Source of the DNA: a bacterium
GTDB taxonomy: Bacteria; UBA8248
Direction of reading: 5' to 3'
DNA length: 64,000 nucleotides
Assembly: GCA_963692865.2 (NCBI GenBank)
Contig: OY843592.1
Coordinates: forward strand, 2,848,001 to 2,912,000
Shown: one piece after another, positions 1-9,486 of the stretch
Layout: each line of letters starts with the position of its first letter
How positions within the stretch are numbered: the first letter of the stretch is position 1
Translations under genes and position numbers: made by a program
Notes under the pieces: model-generated
Database searches by the model: none
Seen by the model: the letters and a program-made list of their open reading frames with translations, nothing else
Told to the model about the DNA's origin: nothing

Positions 1-139
1 GGCTCGCCGGCCTTGGCGCACTACGCCGCCAAATGAATAGTCTAGCCCCTCCCGCCCGCATCGCGCGCCTCGCAAATAACAGAAAAACAGGGCAAATGCG
101 GGGAAATGCGCTTTTTCCCGCCGAGACGCCCGGCTCGTC

Positions 140-168
140 TTGACACCCGGGGGCCGTGTTGGTAGGTT
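140..168 (+). promoter_or_regulatory. sigma70-type promoter of F0 operon
   Basis: TTGACA (140-145), 17-bp spacer, TGg-TAGGTT (extended -10, 163-168), upstream of atpZ. Confidence 0.6.
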
Positions 169-219
169 CGCGCCCGTAAATTTCGTTGCCGCAACTTCTC
201 GCCTGGGGGATAGCAGGGA

Positions 220-483
220 ATGGCCTCCGATCCTTCTCCAGAGCCGAGTCGCGGACCAGGAGCGAAGAAAACGACCAAGGCGCGGGACAAGAAAATTCGC
301 AGGGGCGTGCGAAACGTGCATCTCGCGGCCTTGGGCTGGAATTTCGTGACGGCGCCGCTCGTGGGCGGCGGAATCGGGTATGTGATTGATTCCTATGCCG
401 ATACTTATCCGTGGGCGATGATTGTCGGATTGATTTTGGGCTTCGTTTCCGCCTTTATCGATCTGATCAGAGGGGTCCGCTGA
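220..483 (+). CDS. atpZ: AtpZ/AtpI-family (ATP synthase protein 1)
   Basis: 87 aa, two TM segments with GGGIGYVID..T.PW motif, first gene of atp cluster. Confidence 0.85.
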   Translation: MASDPSPEPSRGPGAKKTTKARDKKIRRGVRNVHLAALGWNFVTAPLVGGGIGYVIDSYADTYPWAMIVGLILGFVSAFIDLIRGVR

Positions 484-879
484 ATGCGAAACCAGGAGCC
501 TCCGGCGCTCGCCCTCAGGAGCATCTCGAATTTCGGCTGGCTGATTCTGGCGATCATGAGCGCCGCGGGCGTGATTCTGAGGGACGTTTCGACGGGCGCC
601 GGCGTGGCGGTCGGCGGAGCGTGCGCGCTTGGAAGTTTCCGGATGATGGATGTATACTTCGCCCGCATTTTTCGGAAAGACATCAGCCGCCCCAAATGGT
701 GGCACCACGTTTTATACGTTTTGAGGTTTTTCGCCCTCATGGGCGTCGCAGCGCTCGCGATAGGCTGGATTCGGCTCCCCGTCGTGAGCGTGGTGATAGG
801 GTTGACCATTCCGCCGTTGGCCATATTCATTCACGGGGCCCGCAGCGCCCTGCGAATACAAGGATCGACAAGAGCATAA
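484..879 (+). CDS. atpI: ATP synthase subunit I
   Basis: 131 aa, four hydrophobic segments, between atpZ and atpB. Confidence 0.75.
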   Translation: MRNQEPPALALRSISNFGWLILAIMSAAGVILRDVSTGAGVAVGGACALGSFRMMDVYFARIFRKDISRPKWWHHVLYVLRFFALMGVAALAIGWIRLPVVSVVIGLTIPPLAIFIHGARSALRIQGSTRA

Positions 880-882
880 CAA

Positions 883-1599
883 ATGGAAAAATTTCACCCG
901 TTCCTGTATTTCGACATCCCGGCGCTGTCCGCCTATCCGAACATCGTCTACAGCTGGCTGGTGATGGCGTTCCTCATCGTGAGTTCGCTGCTCATCACGA
1001 AGGCCCTGCAAAAGATACCCGTCGGCGGACAGAACCTGTTCGAGGCGATTTTCGACGGGTTTTCCGCCTTCATGGAAGGCCCCCTCGGCGATGAGGGGCG
1101 ACCCTTCTTCCCCCTCGTATTCACGCTGGGAACCTACATTTTCCTGTGCAACGTCATCGGAATCCTGCCGGGCTTCATGGCGCCGACGAGCAACCTGAAC
1201 ACCAACGTGGGGTGTGCGCTGACGGTATTTTTCGCCACGCACTACGTGGGGTTCAAAAGAAGCGGGGTGGCGTATCTCAAGCATTTCACGGGACCCATCA
1301 TGTGGCTGGCTCCGCTCATGATTCCCATCGAGATCATCTCCCACCTCAGCCGGCCTCTCTCACTCACTTTGCGCCTTTTCGGGAACATCACGGGCGAGGA
1401 ATTGGTGCTCGGCGTTCTGATGCTGCTGTGCCTGCAGATTTTCCTGCCCGTTCCCTGGGCGATGCAGATGTTCGTGATTTTCGGAAGTTTCATTCAGGCC
1501 TTTGTTTTCACCCTCCTGACCATGATATATATCGCCGGGTCTCTTGAAGGGCACGACCACGACGAAGAACATGGTCATGAGGCCGCCCACGCTCATTAA
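883..1599 (+). CDS. atpB: F0 ATP synthase subunit a
   Basis: RPLSLTLRLFGNI and IQAFVFTLLT motifs; His-rich tail. Confidence 0.97.
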   Translation: MEKFHPFLYFDIPALSAYPNIVYSWLVMAFLIVSSLLITKALQKIPVGGQNLFEAIFDGFSAFMEGPLGDEGRPFFPLVFTLGTYIFLCNVIGILPGFMAPTSNLNTNVGCALTVFFATHYVGFKRSGVAYLKHFTGPIMWLAPLMIPIEIISHLSRPLSLTLRLFGNITGEELVLGVLMLLCLQIFLPVPWAMQMFVIFGSFIQAFVFTLLTMIYIAGSLEGHDHDEEHGHEAAHAH

Positions 1600-1645
1600 C
1601 GATAACGGTCCATGTAGGAATCACTTCAACAAGGAGAAGTAAGGG

Positions 1646-1963
1646 ATGAAACGTTTGGGGATAATCGGATTCACGTTAGCCAGCTTCGCAGCCATGGCCA
1701 CCAATGCTTTCGCCGCCGCAGCCGGCGACGCCGGAAGTGGTGAAGTTCTGAAATGGAGAGTTATCTCCTCCTCGTTCGCTTTGGCCATCGCCGCCGCAGC
1801 CGGCGCTTTCGCCCAGAGCAGGAGCATCTCCAGCGCGCTGGACGGCACGGCGCGCAACCCGGGAGCGGGCGGAGATCTTCGCGTGTCGATGATCATCGGT
1901 CTCGCCTTGATCGAGTCCCTTGTCATTTATACGTTCGTTATCTGCCTCATTATCATCCTCTGA
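1646..1963 (+). CDS. atpE: F0 ATP synthase subunit c with N-terminal signal-peptide-like extension
   Basis: ARNP loop, LALIESLVIY carboxylate helix; RBS AAGGAG. Confidence 0.95.
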   Translation: MKRLGIIGFTLASFAAMATNAFAAAAGDAGSGEVLKWRVISSSFALAIAAAAGAFAQSRSISSALDGTARNPGAGGDLRVSMIIGLALIESLVIYTFVICLIIIL

Positions 1964-1993
1964 GGCTGGGTAAGCCGGTACCCGCAATTCTTC

Positions 1994-2022
1994 AAAGGGG
2001 GAGCCGAGAGGTTCCCCCTTTT
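1994..2022 (+). terminator. intrinsic terminator after atpE
   Basis: AAAGGGGGAGCC-GAGA-GGTTCCCCCTTTT hairpin plus T tract. Confidence 0.8.
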
Positions 2023-2224
2023 CGCGTTGCTCGACGACAATTGTATGGATGCAAGCTTACGGGAAATCCTTTTGGCGTAAGGGTTGATATCTCTTCTTTT
2101 TCGTGGCCGGCGAATCCCCACTTGCCCTGCTCATCAAAACGCATAGAATCTAACCTCGTTCGAGAGAAGTCTTACTCTGCGGGAGTCTCTCTCTACCTCG
2201 AAATTGCGGGCGCGCATAAAGTCG

Positions 2225-2866
2225 ATGTGGGAAAACACGAAAGCAAAAATTCCAGAGGCCACCGTCAACCGGTTGTCCACGTACGCCCGCATACTGGAGC
2301 AGGCGCAATACGAGGGGGCGGAACTCATCGCGTCTGCAGATTTGGCTGAGCGCTGCGGCTTCAAGCCCGCGCAAATCAGGAAAGACCTCGCATATTTCGG
2401 TGAATTCGGCGTCCGCGGGAAGGGCTATTACATCAAGGAATTGAGATACAACCTAAAGAAAATCCTGGGCGTGACGCAAACATGGAGAGTCGTGCTCGTC
2501 GGAGCGGGAAATCTCGGCTCGGCTCTATTGGCGTATAAAGGGTTTCTGGCCCATGGCTTTGAAATCGACGCGGTCTTCGACAAATTCCCCGAAAAAATAC
2601 CCCCTCACCGCACAGGTTCTCTCCCCGTGTTGCCGATGTCGGATTTGCATGAGGTCGTGCAGGAAAAACAGATCAAGATAGGCATCATCGCAGTGCCGAG
2701 CGAAAGCGCGCAAAACGTAGGGACGGCGCTCGTAAGCGCCGGCATCACCGGCATATTGAATTTCGCGCCCACCCAAATTCAAACGCCGCGCCATGTAAAG
2801 GTGAAAAACGTGGATTTGGGCAGTGAGCTGGAGCATCTCTCATTCTATCTCTCCCAAAACCCTTGA
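2225..2866 (+). CDS. rex: redox-sensing transcriptional repressor Rex
   Basis: IRKDLAYFGEFGVRGKGY, VGAGNLG, ILNFAP; ATG at 2225 preferred over TTG 2204. Confidence 0.95.
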   Translation: MWENTKAKIPEATVNRLSTYARILEQAQYEGAELIASADLAERCGFKPAQIRKDLAYFGEFGVRGKGYYIKELRYNLKKILGVTQTWRVVLVGAGNLGSALLAYKGFLAHGFEIDAVFDKFPEKIPPHRTGSLPVLPMSDLHEVVQEKQIKIGIIAVPSESAQNVGTALVSAGITGILNFAPTQIQTPRHVKVKNVDLGSELEHLSFYLSQNP

Positions 2867-2882
2867 GGGGACTCGCACCTAC

Positions 2883-3626
2883 ATGGATGAACCCCGCTAT
2901 ATCCTGGCCTTTGATACTTCGACCCCGAAAGGAAAGTGCTCTCTGCTTTGCTCAACGGGAGCCACCGAGGAAGAGGCGCTTCTTTCGGAAGAAATCCGAA
3001 TTTCCAAGGTGCTCTTGCCGCAAGTGGAGCAAATTCTAAGTTCAAAGAACATTCGCGGCGATATGATCCAGGCCATCGGGGTAAGTACCGGCCCGGGGAC
3101 GTTCACCGGACTGCGTGTGGGACTCGCTTGCGCAAAAGGACTTTCATTCGGCTGGGGCTGTCCGCTGTATGGATTTTCATCACTGGAAATCATGGCGATG
3201 GCCGCTCTGTTGAATGAAATGCGCGCGGGCCGCAGCCTGCCCGACTACATTTTCCCCTACCGAGACGCCAGATATGGAGAATTGTTCACAGCGTTGTTTC
3301 AAGTATCCGGAAACCCGGAATCATCGACGGGAAACGCCCTCGCCCGTGTCCGGGAGGATGAAATCATCGCCCCAGAGGAGTTCCGCCCCCCGGGAGATGG
3401 CGACACCCTGCTCGCAGGGGAAAATGAGGGATTGCCCAATCGCTTTGCTTTAGAAGCTTCACAAGGATCGATCAGACGCCATGAAGTGGATTCCTCGGCC
3501 GCTGCGACCGCATGGCTGACCCAAAGGGCGCTACAGAGCCAGACGCCTCCGCACAGCCCCAACATATCGTTGAATTATTGCCGAAAATCACAGGCGCAAA
3601 CCAAATGGCCCGATCCGCAGGGTTGA
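2883..3626 (+). CDS. tsaB: tRNA threonylcarbamoyladenosine biosynthesis protein TsaB
   Basis: ILAFDTST, GPGTFTGLRVG, DAR motifs; ATG at 2883. Confidence 0.92.
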   Translation: MDEPRYILAFDTSTPKGKCSLLCSTGATEEEALLSEEIRISKVLLPQVEQILSSKNIRGDMIQAIGVSTGPGTFTGLRVGLACAKGLSFGWGCPLYGFSSLEIMAMAALLNEMRAGRSLPDYIFPYRDARYGELFTALFQVSGNPESSTGNALARVREDEIIAPEEFRPPGDGDTLLAGENEGLPNRFALEASQGSIRRHEVDSSAAATAWLTQRALQSQTPPHSPNISLNYCRKSQAQTKWPDPQG

Positions 3627-3732
3627 TCCCAAAGTCAACATTTCGTAAATTAAACGATTATTTTCCGGCACGATTACAACAACGAATGGGAACCTGAAAT
3701 TTCACCATGGATACCTGGAAGGAGATTTTTCA

Positions 3733-3939
3733 TTGGAAGCAACTGAAAAAGTGGAAGAAACCTTGAATGTAGACGATTCACTCGCACACCTGAAAAAAGA
3801 ACATGCCGTTTTGGATGAAAAGATTCTCGCTCTTGAAAATATACGATTCCCGTCCCCGGAAGAACAGCAGCAGATAAAACGACTCAAAAAGGAAAAGCTC
3901 GCTATCAAGACACAACTGGAAACGATGGAAACGAATTGA
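3733..3939 (+). CDS. DUF465/YdcH-like small coiled-coil protein
   Basis: LKKEH..LD..I...IKRLKKEKLAIK pattern; RBS GGAG. Confidence 0.75.
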   Translation: MEATEKVEETLNVDDSLAHLKKEHAVLDEKILALENIRFPSPEEQQQIKRLKKEKLAIKTQLETMETN

Positions 3940-4004
3940 AAACCGGAATTTCCATCACTGAAATATGCTAGAACCTTGAAACAAAAGATTTTACGTTTTC
4001 ATCC

Positions 4005-4034
4005 TTGACCAGAACGAAAAACATGCAGTAATAT
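4005..4034 (+). promoter_or_regulatory. putative sigma70 promoter of ilv cluster
   Basis: TTGACC-18 bp-TAATAT about 270 nt before ilvB. Confidence 0.45.
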
Positions 4035-4304
4035 CACGCGTCGTGTATTCGAGATATTAGGACAAAACATTTACCCGAGCATTTCCCAAGACGTATTCTG
4101 GGTTTTGGCGCACGAATCAGAATGGAAGACGGCCATATGGGTCCGAAAAAGATGTTGTGGAATAAGGAGTCTGGCGTAAGAAGGGGGCGGTGTGCCCTCG
4201 TGCGCCGTCCCCTGATTTCTTCTTAACGACCCGCCGGCATCATCGGCGTTTTTCGGATCAACTTCATTGCCAGCATGAGAAAAAATTCAACTGGCTGAGA
4301 GGAA

Positions 4305-6089
4305 ATGGCCGTGGCGACCAAGGCGAGAAGCCAAACTACAAGACAACCTACAAAACTGACGCCGAAGAAAATCTCAGGGGCCGAGATTATCTACCGCAGC
4401 CTTGAGCGCGAGGGTGTGAAGTACGTTTTCGGGCATCCGGGCGCTATACTCCTTACGCTCCTGGATCTGTTCCTCGAAAGAAGCAAAATCAAGCATTTGC
4501 TCATTCGGCACGAACAGTGCGCCGCGCACATGGCCGAGGGATATGCCCGCGCCAGCGGCAAGGTCGGCGTATGTCTTACCACCTCCGGTCCTGGCGCCAC
4601 GAATCTCATCACGGGCATCACGGATGCCTACATGGATTCCATTCCCATCGTATGCCTCACTGGACAAGTCGCCACCACGATGGTGGGCAACGACGCCTTC
4701 CAGGAAGCCGACATCGTGGGCATGACCAGAACCGTCACCAAGCACAGCTACCTGGTGAAGAGCACGGATGATCTCGCCGAAACGATTCAGGAGGCTTTCT
4801 ACATCGCACGCACGGGAAGACCCGGTCCGGTCCTCGTTGATTTGCCCAAGGACGTCCTCCTCGGCGACGGTCCCTACCAGATTCCAGAAAAAGTGGATCT
4901 GCGCGGCTACAAGCCCACGACCAAAGGTCATCCCAGGCAAATCAAGCGCGTGGCTGAAACCATCAAAGAATCCAAACAGCCCCTCCTATACGTGGGTGGA
5001 GGCGCCATTCATGCCGAAGCGCATTCGGAGATCCTGAAACTCGCGGAAACGGCGGAGATTCCGGTCACTTATACGCTCTTGGGAGCAGGTGCTTTCCCAA
5101 GCGCCCATGAACTCTCATTGGGCATGCTCGGCATGCACGGGACGGCATACGCCAACTATGCGACCATGGAGTGTGATTTGCTCATCGCCGTCGGCGCCAG
5201 GTTTGACGATCGCGTTACGGGCAAGGTCTCGGAATTCGCAACCAGGGCGAAAATCATCCATATCGATATTGACCCCACGGCTATCGGAAAGAACAAGGCT
5301 GCGGATGTCCCGGTCGTCGGCGATGCGCGTCAAGTGCTCGCCGAGGTGAACAAACTCGTCAAGCCTCAAAAACGCGCTTTGTGGAAAAAGCGTATCCAGA
5401 ACCTGAGAGCGGAATATCCGCTTTCGTTCGACTCCCCCGAGGGTGCGCCGATCAAGCCTCAAGAGGCCATCGTCGCCTTGAGTGAGGAGGTGGGCGATAA
5501 GGCGATCATCACCACCGAGGTCGGACAACACCAGATGTGGGCCGCTCAATTTTATAATTTCACCTTCCCGCGCCAGTTCATCTCATCCGGCGGACTCGGC
5601 ACCATGGGTTTCGGCTTTCCCGCGGCCATCGGCGTGGCGCTTGCGAGGCCGGATAAGCTGGCCATCGACATTGCGGGAGACGGCAGTTTTCAGATGGTAA
5701 TGCAGGAAGTCGCTACTGCCGTTCAGTATGGCATTCCCGTAAAAGTCTTTTTGCTGAATAACGCTACACTGGGCATGGTTCGTCAATGGCAAGATTTGTT
5801 CATGGACAGGCGATTCAGCGAGGTGGATTTCGACTCTTCGCCTGATTACGTCAAACTCGCAGAGGCATTCGGCGCCAGCGGGCGACGGATTGTGGACAAA
5901 GAAGAGTTGAGGCCCGCCATCCAGGAAATGATCACCACGCCGGGCCCCTACATCCTGGACGTGATCGTCGACCCCGATGAGTTGGTTTTCCCGATGGTGC
6001 CCGCAGGCAGCGCGACTAAAGACATGATTGTTCGGGACAGTCGGAAAAAAGTCCTTCGAGGCAAGCTCAGCGCACTACCCGATAACTAG
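4305..6089 (+). CDS. ilvB: acetohydroxyacid synthase large subunit, copy 1
   Basis: RHEQ, TSGPGATN, DAFQE, GDGSFQM...NN ThDP motif, GMVRQWQ. Confidence 0.95.
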   Translation: MAVATKARSQTTRQPTKLTPKKISGAEIIYRSLEREGVKYVFGHPGAILLTLLDLFLERSKIKHLLIRHEQCAAHMAEGYARASGKVGVCLTTSGPGATNLITGITDAYMDSIPIVCLTGQVATTMVGNDAFQEADIVGMTRTVTKHSYLVKSTDDLAETIQEAFYIARTGRPGPVLVDLPKDVLLGDGPYQIPEKVDLRGYKPTTKGHPRQIKRVAETIKESKQPLLYVGGGAIHAEAHSEILKLAETAEIPVTYTLLGAGAFPSAHELSLGMLGMHGTAYANYATMECDLLIAVGARFDDRVTGKVSEFATRAKIIHIDIDPTAIGKNKAADVPVVGDARQVLAEVNKLVKPQKRALWKKRIQNLRAEYPLSFDSPEGAPIKPQEAIVALSEEVGDKAIITTEVGQHQMWAAQFYNFTFPRQFISSGGLGTMGFGFPAAIGVALARPDKLAIDIAGDGSFQMVMQEVATAVQYGIPVKVFLLNNATLGMVRQWQDLFMDRRFSEVDFDSSPDYVKLAEAFGASGRRIVDKEELRPAIQEMITTPGPYILDVIVDPDELVFPMVPAGSATKDMIVRDSRKKVLRGKLSALPDN

Positions 6090-6101
6090 GAGGTTTCACC
6101 C

Positions 6102-7796
6102 GTGGAGCTCAATGGCTCGCAAATCATGATTGAAGAGTTGAAAGCGGCAGGCATCGAGATGGCTTTCGGCATACCAGGCGGCGCCATCATGCCGTTTTAC
6201 GATGAGCTGCTTAAGGCGGATTTCCCGCATATTCTTACCCGTCACGAGCAGGGAGCGGCTCACATGGCGGACGGGTACGCGCGCGTGAGCGGGAAAATCG
6301 CCATCGTCGTCACGACCTCCGGCCCCGGGGCAACAAACCTCATCACTGGACTAGCCAATGCGCAGATGGATTCCGTGCCGCTCATCGCCATCACGGGCCA
6401 AGTGGCCACCAACATGATCGGCACCGACGCTTTTCAGGAAGCCGACGTGTACGGCTGCTCCATTCCGGTCACGAAATTCAACTGGCTGATTAAAGACGTG
6501 AACGAAATTCAACATGTTACGCGGGAAGCGATTCGCGTGGCGACGACGGGTCGGCCGGGCCCCGTTCTGCTGGATTTTCCCAAGGACATTCAGATTACGA
6601 AGGCGGAGTACGCGCCGCAAGAATCCGTCGAATCCCCTCTTCCGGCTCCTCGGCAATATCCCGAACTCGATATTGAGGGAATCGACAAACTGCTTGAAGC
6701 CATCGAACGGGCCGAGCGGCCCGTCATCATCGGCGGCGCCGGCATCGTCAAATCCGGGGCGTCGGCAGAACTTGCGAAATTCGCAAAAGCAGCAGATATC
6801 CCGGTGATCAACACATTGTTGGGCCTCGGAGGATTCCCGGGCACGGACGAGCTTTTCCTCGGTATGCCGGGGATGCACGGCACGGCCTATGCGAACTTTG
6901 CTCTGTGTGAATGCGATTTACTCATCAACCTCGGCGCCCGTTTCGACGACCGCGTGACGGGCAAGGTGTCGAGTTTTTGCCCCAAGGCGACCATCGCGCA
7001 CGTCGACATCGACGACGCCGAGATCGATAAACGTGTGCACACGCATATTCCGATTCTCGGGAATGTGCGAGATGTGCTGATGACGCTCAATCAGCGTCTA
7101 AGGCCTGGAGATTACGATGAGTGGCGACAAACCTGGACGGATTGGAAGGCGAACTATCCCCTTCAATACGACTGGGACGGCTCTATCAAACCTCAGTACG
7201 TGATCGATCAGATCCAGGAAATTACCGATGGCAACGGCATTTATGTAACCGGCGTGGGGCAGCATCAAATGTGGGCGGCGCAGTTCATCCGCTTTAACGA
7301 ACCCAAGACCTGGGTGACTTCCGGCGGTCTCGGGACAATGGGTTTCGGCCTTCCCGCCGCCATCGGCGCGAAATTCGCCCAGCCAGAGAAAGATGTCTGG
7401 CTCATCGACGGCGACGGCAGTTTCGCGATGACGCTCGTCGAACTCGCTACGGCGGCGACATATAACGTCCCCGTGAAGGTCGCCATCCTAAACAATGCGT
7501 ACCTGGGAATGGTGCGTCAGTGGCAGGAACTGTTCTTTGAGAAGCGCTACTCGCACTCGCACTATCCAGAAAATCCCGATTTCGGCATGATTGCAGAGGG
7601 CTATGGCGTAAAGGGCATCAACATTACTGACGTGAACGAAGTACGGAATTCCCTTGAGACGGCGGTCGAGCACGATGGACCAGTGGTGTTGAATTTCCTT
7701 GTAAACAAGGAGGAAAACGTCTGGCCCATGGTTCCCGCCGGCGCCGGTAACGATGAGATGCAACTCGCTCCCCCCTCCAGGGAAGCCAAATCATGA
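6102..7796 (+). CDS. ilvB: acetohydroxyacid synthase large subunit, copy 2
   Basis: FGIPGGA, RHEQ, GDGSF...NN, GMVRQWQ; GTG start with GGAGG RBS. Confidence 0.95.
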   Translation: MELNGSQIMIEELKAAGIEMAFGIPGGAIMPFYDELLKADFPHILTRHEQGAAHMADGYARVSGKIAIVVTTSGPGATNLITGLANAQMDSVPLIAITGQVATNMIGTDAFQEADVYGCSIPVTKFNWLIKDVNEIQHVTREAIRVATTGRPGPVLLDFPKDIQITKAEYAPQESVESPLPAPRQYPELDIEGIDKLLEAIERAERPVIIGGAGIVKSGASAELAKFAKAADIPVINTLLGLGGFPGTDELFLGMPGMHGTAYANFALCECDLLINLGARFDDRVTGKVSSFCPKATIAHVDIDDAEIDKRVHTHIPILGNVRDVLMTLNQRLRPGDYDEWRQTWTDWKANYPLQYDWDGSIKPQYVIDQIQEITDGNGIYVTGVGQHQMWAAQFIRFNEPKTWVTSGGLGTMGFGLPAAIGAKFAQPEKDVWLIDGDGSFAMTLVELATAATYNVPVKVAILNNAYLGMVRQWQELFFEKRYSHSHYPENPDFGMIAEGYGVKGINITDVNEVRNSLETAVEHDGPVVLNFLVNKEENVWPMVPAGAGNDEMQLAPPSREAKS

Positions 7797-8296
7797 GACA
7801 AGTCTATTCCATTCTCGTCAACAACCACGCGGGCGTACTTTCCCATGTAGCGGGCCTCTTCACCCGACGTGGATACAACATCGAAAGCATAGCCGCCGGA
7901 CCGACGGAGGATGCCACAATTACGCGCATCGTTATCGTCGCCATCGGCGAGGAAAACGAACTCGACCAGATCGCCAAACAACTCCGCAAGCTCTACGACG
8001 TGCGGGAGGTCGATCAAATCTCCTATAACCAGGCCGTAACGCGCGAACTCGTTCTCGCGACAATCAAAGCGCCCCTTGATAGAAGAAGTGAAGTCATCCA
8101 ACTCGCCAACGCCTTCGGTGCTCAGGTAATTAACATGACCGACGATACCGTGACGCTCGAAGCGAGCGGCAACGATCATAAGGTCAGAACCCTCCTCAAG
8201 GCATTCGAAGGCTACGGAATTTCGCAGATGGCGCGCACGGGTATGATTTCGCTGCCCTACGACGGCATGCCCGAGGATTGGGAGCCCATTGCATAA
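7793..8296 (+). CDS. ilvN: acetohydroxyacid synthase small subunit, copy A
   Basis: ACT domain N..GVL....GLFTRRGYNIES, ARTG; ATGA overlap with ilvB copy 2. Confidence 0.93.
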   Translation: MRQVYSILVNNHAGVLSHVAGLFTRRGYNIESIAAGPTEDATITRIVIVAIGEENELDQIAKQLRKLYDVREVDQISYNQAVTRELVLATIKAPLDRRSEVIQLANAFGAQVINMTDDTVTLEASGNDHKVRTLLKAFEGYGISQMARTGMISLPYDGMPEDWEPIA

Positions 8297-8826
8297 TGTC
8301 CAAAAATTCCAACAACACCAAGGATGATACACATACGATAGCGGTTTTGGTGGAGAACAAATTCGGCGTTCTCGCCAAGGTGGCGAGTCTGTTCAGCGCC
8401 CGAGGCTACAACATCGACAGCCTTTGCGTGGGGGTGACGCAGGACCCGAGCGTATCCCGAATCACTCTCGTCACGCGCGGAGACGCAAAAGTTCTCGAGC
8501 AGATCAGAAAACACCTCAGCAAGCTCATCGACACCTTTAAGGTGATGGATATGGGCGAGACGGACAGCGTCGAACGAGAGATGATTCTCATCAAGATTTC
8601 GGCGCCGAAAGCCGCGCGGCCGGAGATTTTCCAAATCATAGACGTTTTCCGGGGCCGTGTCGTCGACGTGTCCACAGATACCATTACCGTTGAAGTCACA
8701 GGCGATGAGGGGAAGATTCAAGCCATTTTGAATTTGCTCCAACCATTCGGCATCAAAGAGATCGCCCGCACGGGCAAAGTCGCTCTCACCCGCGGGGCCA
8801 AAACCCTCAAGGGTTCTAAAAATTGA
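8296..8826 (+). CDS. ilvN: acetohydroxyacid synthase small subunit, copy B
   Basis: VENKFGVL, LFSARGYNIDSL, EIARTG; TAATG coupling at 8296. Confidence 0.95.
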   Translation: MSKNSNNTKDDTHTIAVLVENKFGVLAKVASLFSARGYNIDSLCVGVTQDPSVSRITLVTRGDAKVLEQIRKHLSKLIDTFKVMDMGETDSVEREMILIKISAPKAARPEIFQIIDVFRGRVVDVSTDTITVEVTGDEGKIQAILNLLQPFGIKEIARTGKVALTRGAKTLKGSKN

Positions 8827-8829
8827 CCC

Positions 8830-9486
8830 ATGAGTGAAAGAGACCACCCCGGCAGGCCATTTATTGCGAAAGAGGGTTGGGGCTATGCTTCGGGTTTATC
8901 GGCCATCGGCCTCATCTCGCTCCTCTTCGGGGGATGGATGTGGGCAACTCTTTTTTTCCTGCTGGCCGCGGCTGTAGCCGGTTTTTTCAGAGATCCTGAT
9001 CGCATTCCGCCTGATGAGCCGGGCGTCGTCTTATCCCCGGCTGATGGTCGGGTCGTGGAGGTCGCCCTTACCAAAGAAGGCGGCAGTGTGGTCCGTATTT
9101 TCCTTTCTCCCCTTGACGTTCATATCAACAGATCGCCCGTGGACGGGAGAATATCGAGCATTCACTATCAAAAAGGCCGTTTCCTGGCTGCCTACAAAGA
9201 AGCCGCCTCAAGTATCAATGAACAAAACGCTTTGGAAATCGAAACGAACACAGGCGATGATTTCAGAGTCGTTCAAATCGCCGGCGTCTTGGCTCGGCGA
9301 ATCGTCTGCTGGCCTAAAGCGGGCGATACCATAAGCGCGGGAGAGCGCTTCGGGCTGATTCAATTCGGCTCGCGAACAGATCTGTATTTTCCGGCAGGAT
9401 ATGATATATCCGTAGAACAGGGACAGCGCGTTCGCGGAGGAGAAACCATCGTTGGACGAACAAGCCACCAGACAGCCGCGGAATAA
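8830..9486 (+). CDS. psd: phosphatidylserine decarboxylase proenzyme
   Basis: FFRDP, SPADG, DVHINRSP, FGSRTD cleavage motif. Confidence 0.95.
   Translation: MSERDHPGRPFIAKEGWGYASGLSAIGLISLLFGGWMWATLFFLLAAAVAGFFRDPDRIPPDEPGVVLSPADGRVVEVALTKEGGSVVRIFLSPLDVHINRSPVDGRISSIHYQKGRFLAAYKEAASSINEQNALEIETNTGDDFRVVQIAGVLARRIVCWPKAGDTISAGERFGLIQFGSRTDLYFPAGYDISVEQGQRVRGGETIVGRTSHQTAAE

Noticed and set aside
1-36. Possible 3' end of an upstream gene (GSPALAHYAAK*)
   Set aside because: Too short to identify or to fix the frame
3641-3660. Rex operator candidates (also near 60570-60600)
   Set aside because: Too many mismatches to TTGTGAA-N4-TTCACAA
4122-4226. ilv leader peptide (MEDGHMGPKK...) or TPP riboswitch
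   Set aside because: Peptide is not Leu/Ile/Val-rich; TPP core motifs are missing apart from an isolated CTGAGA
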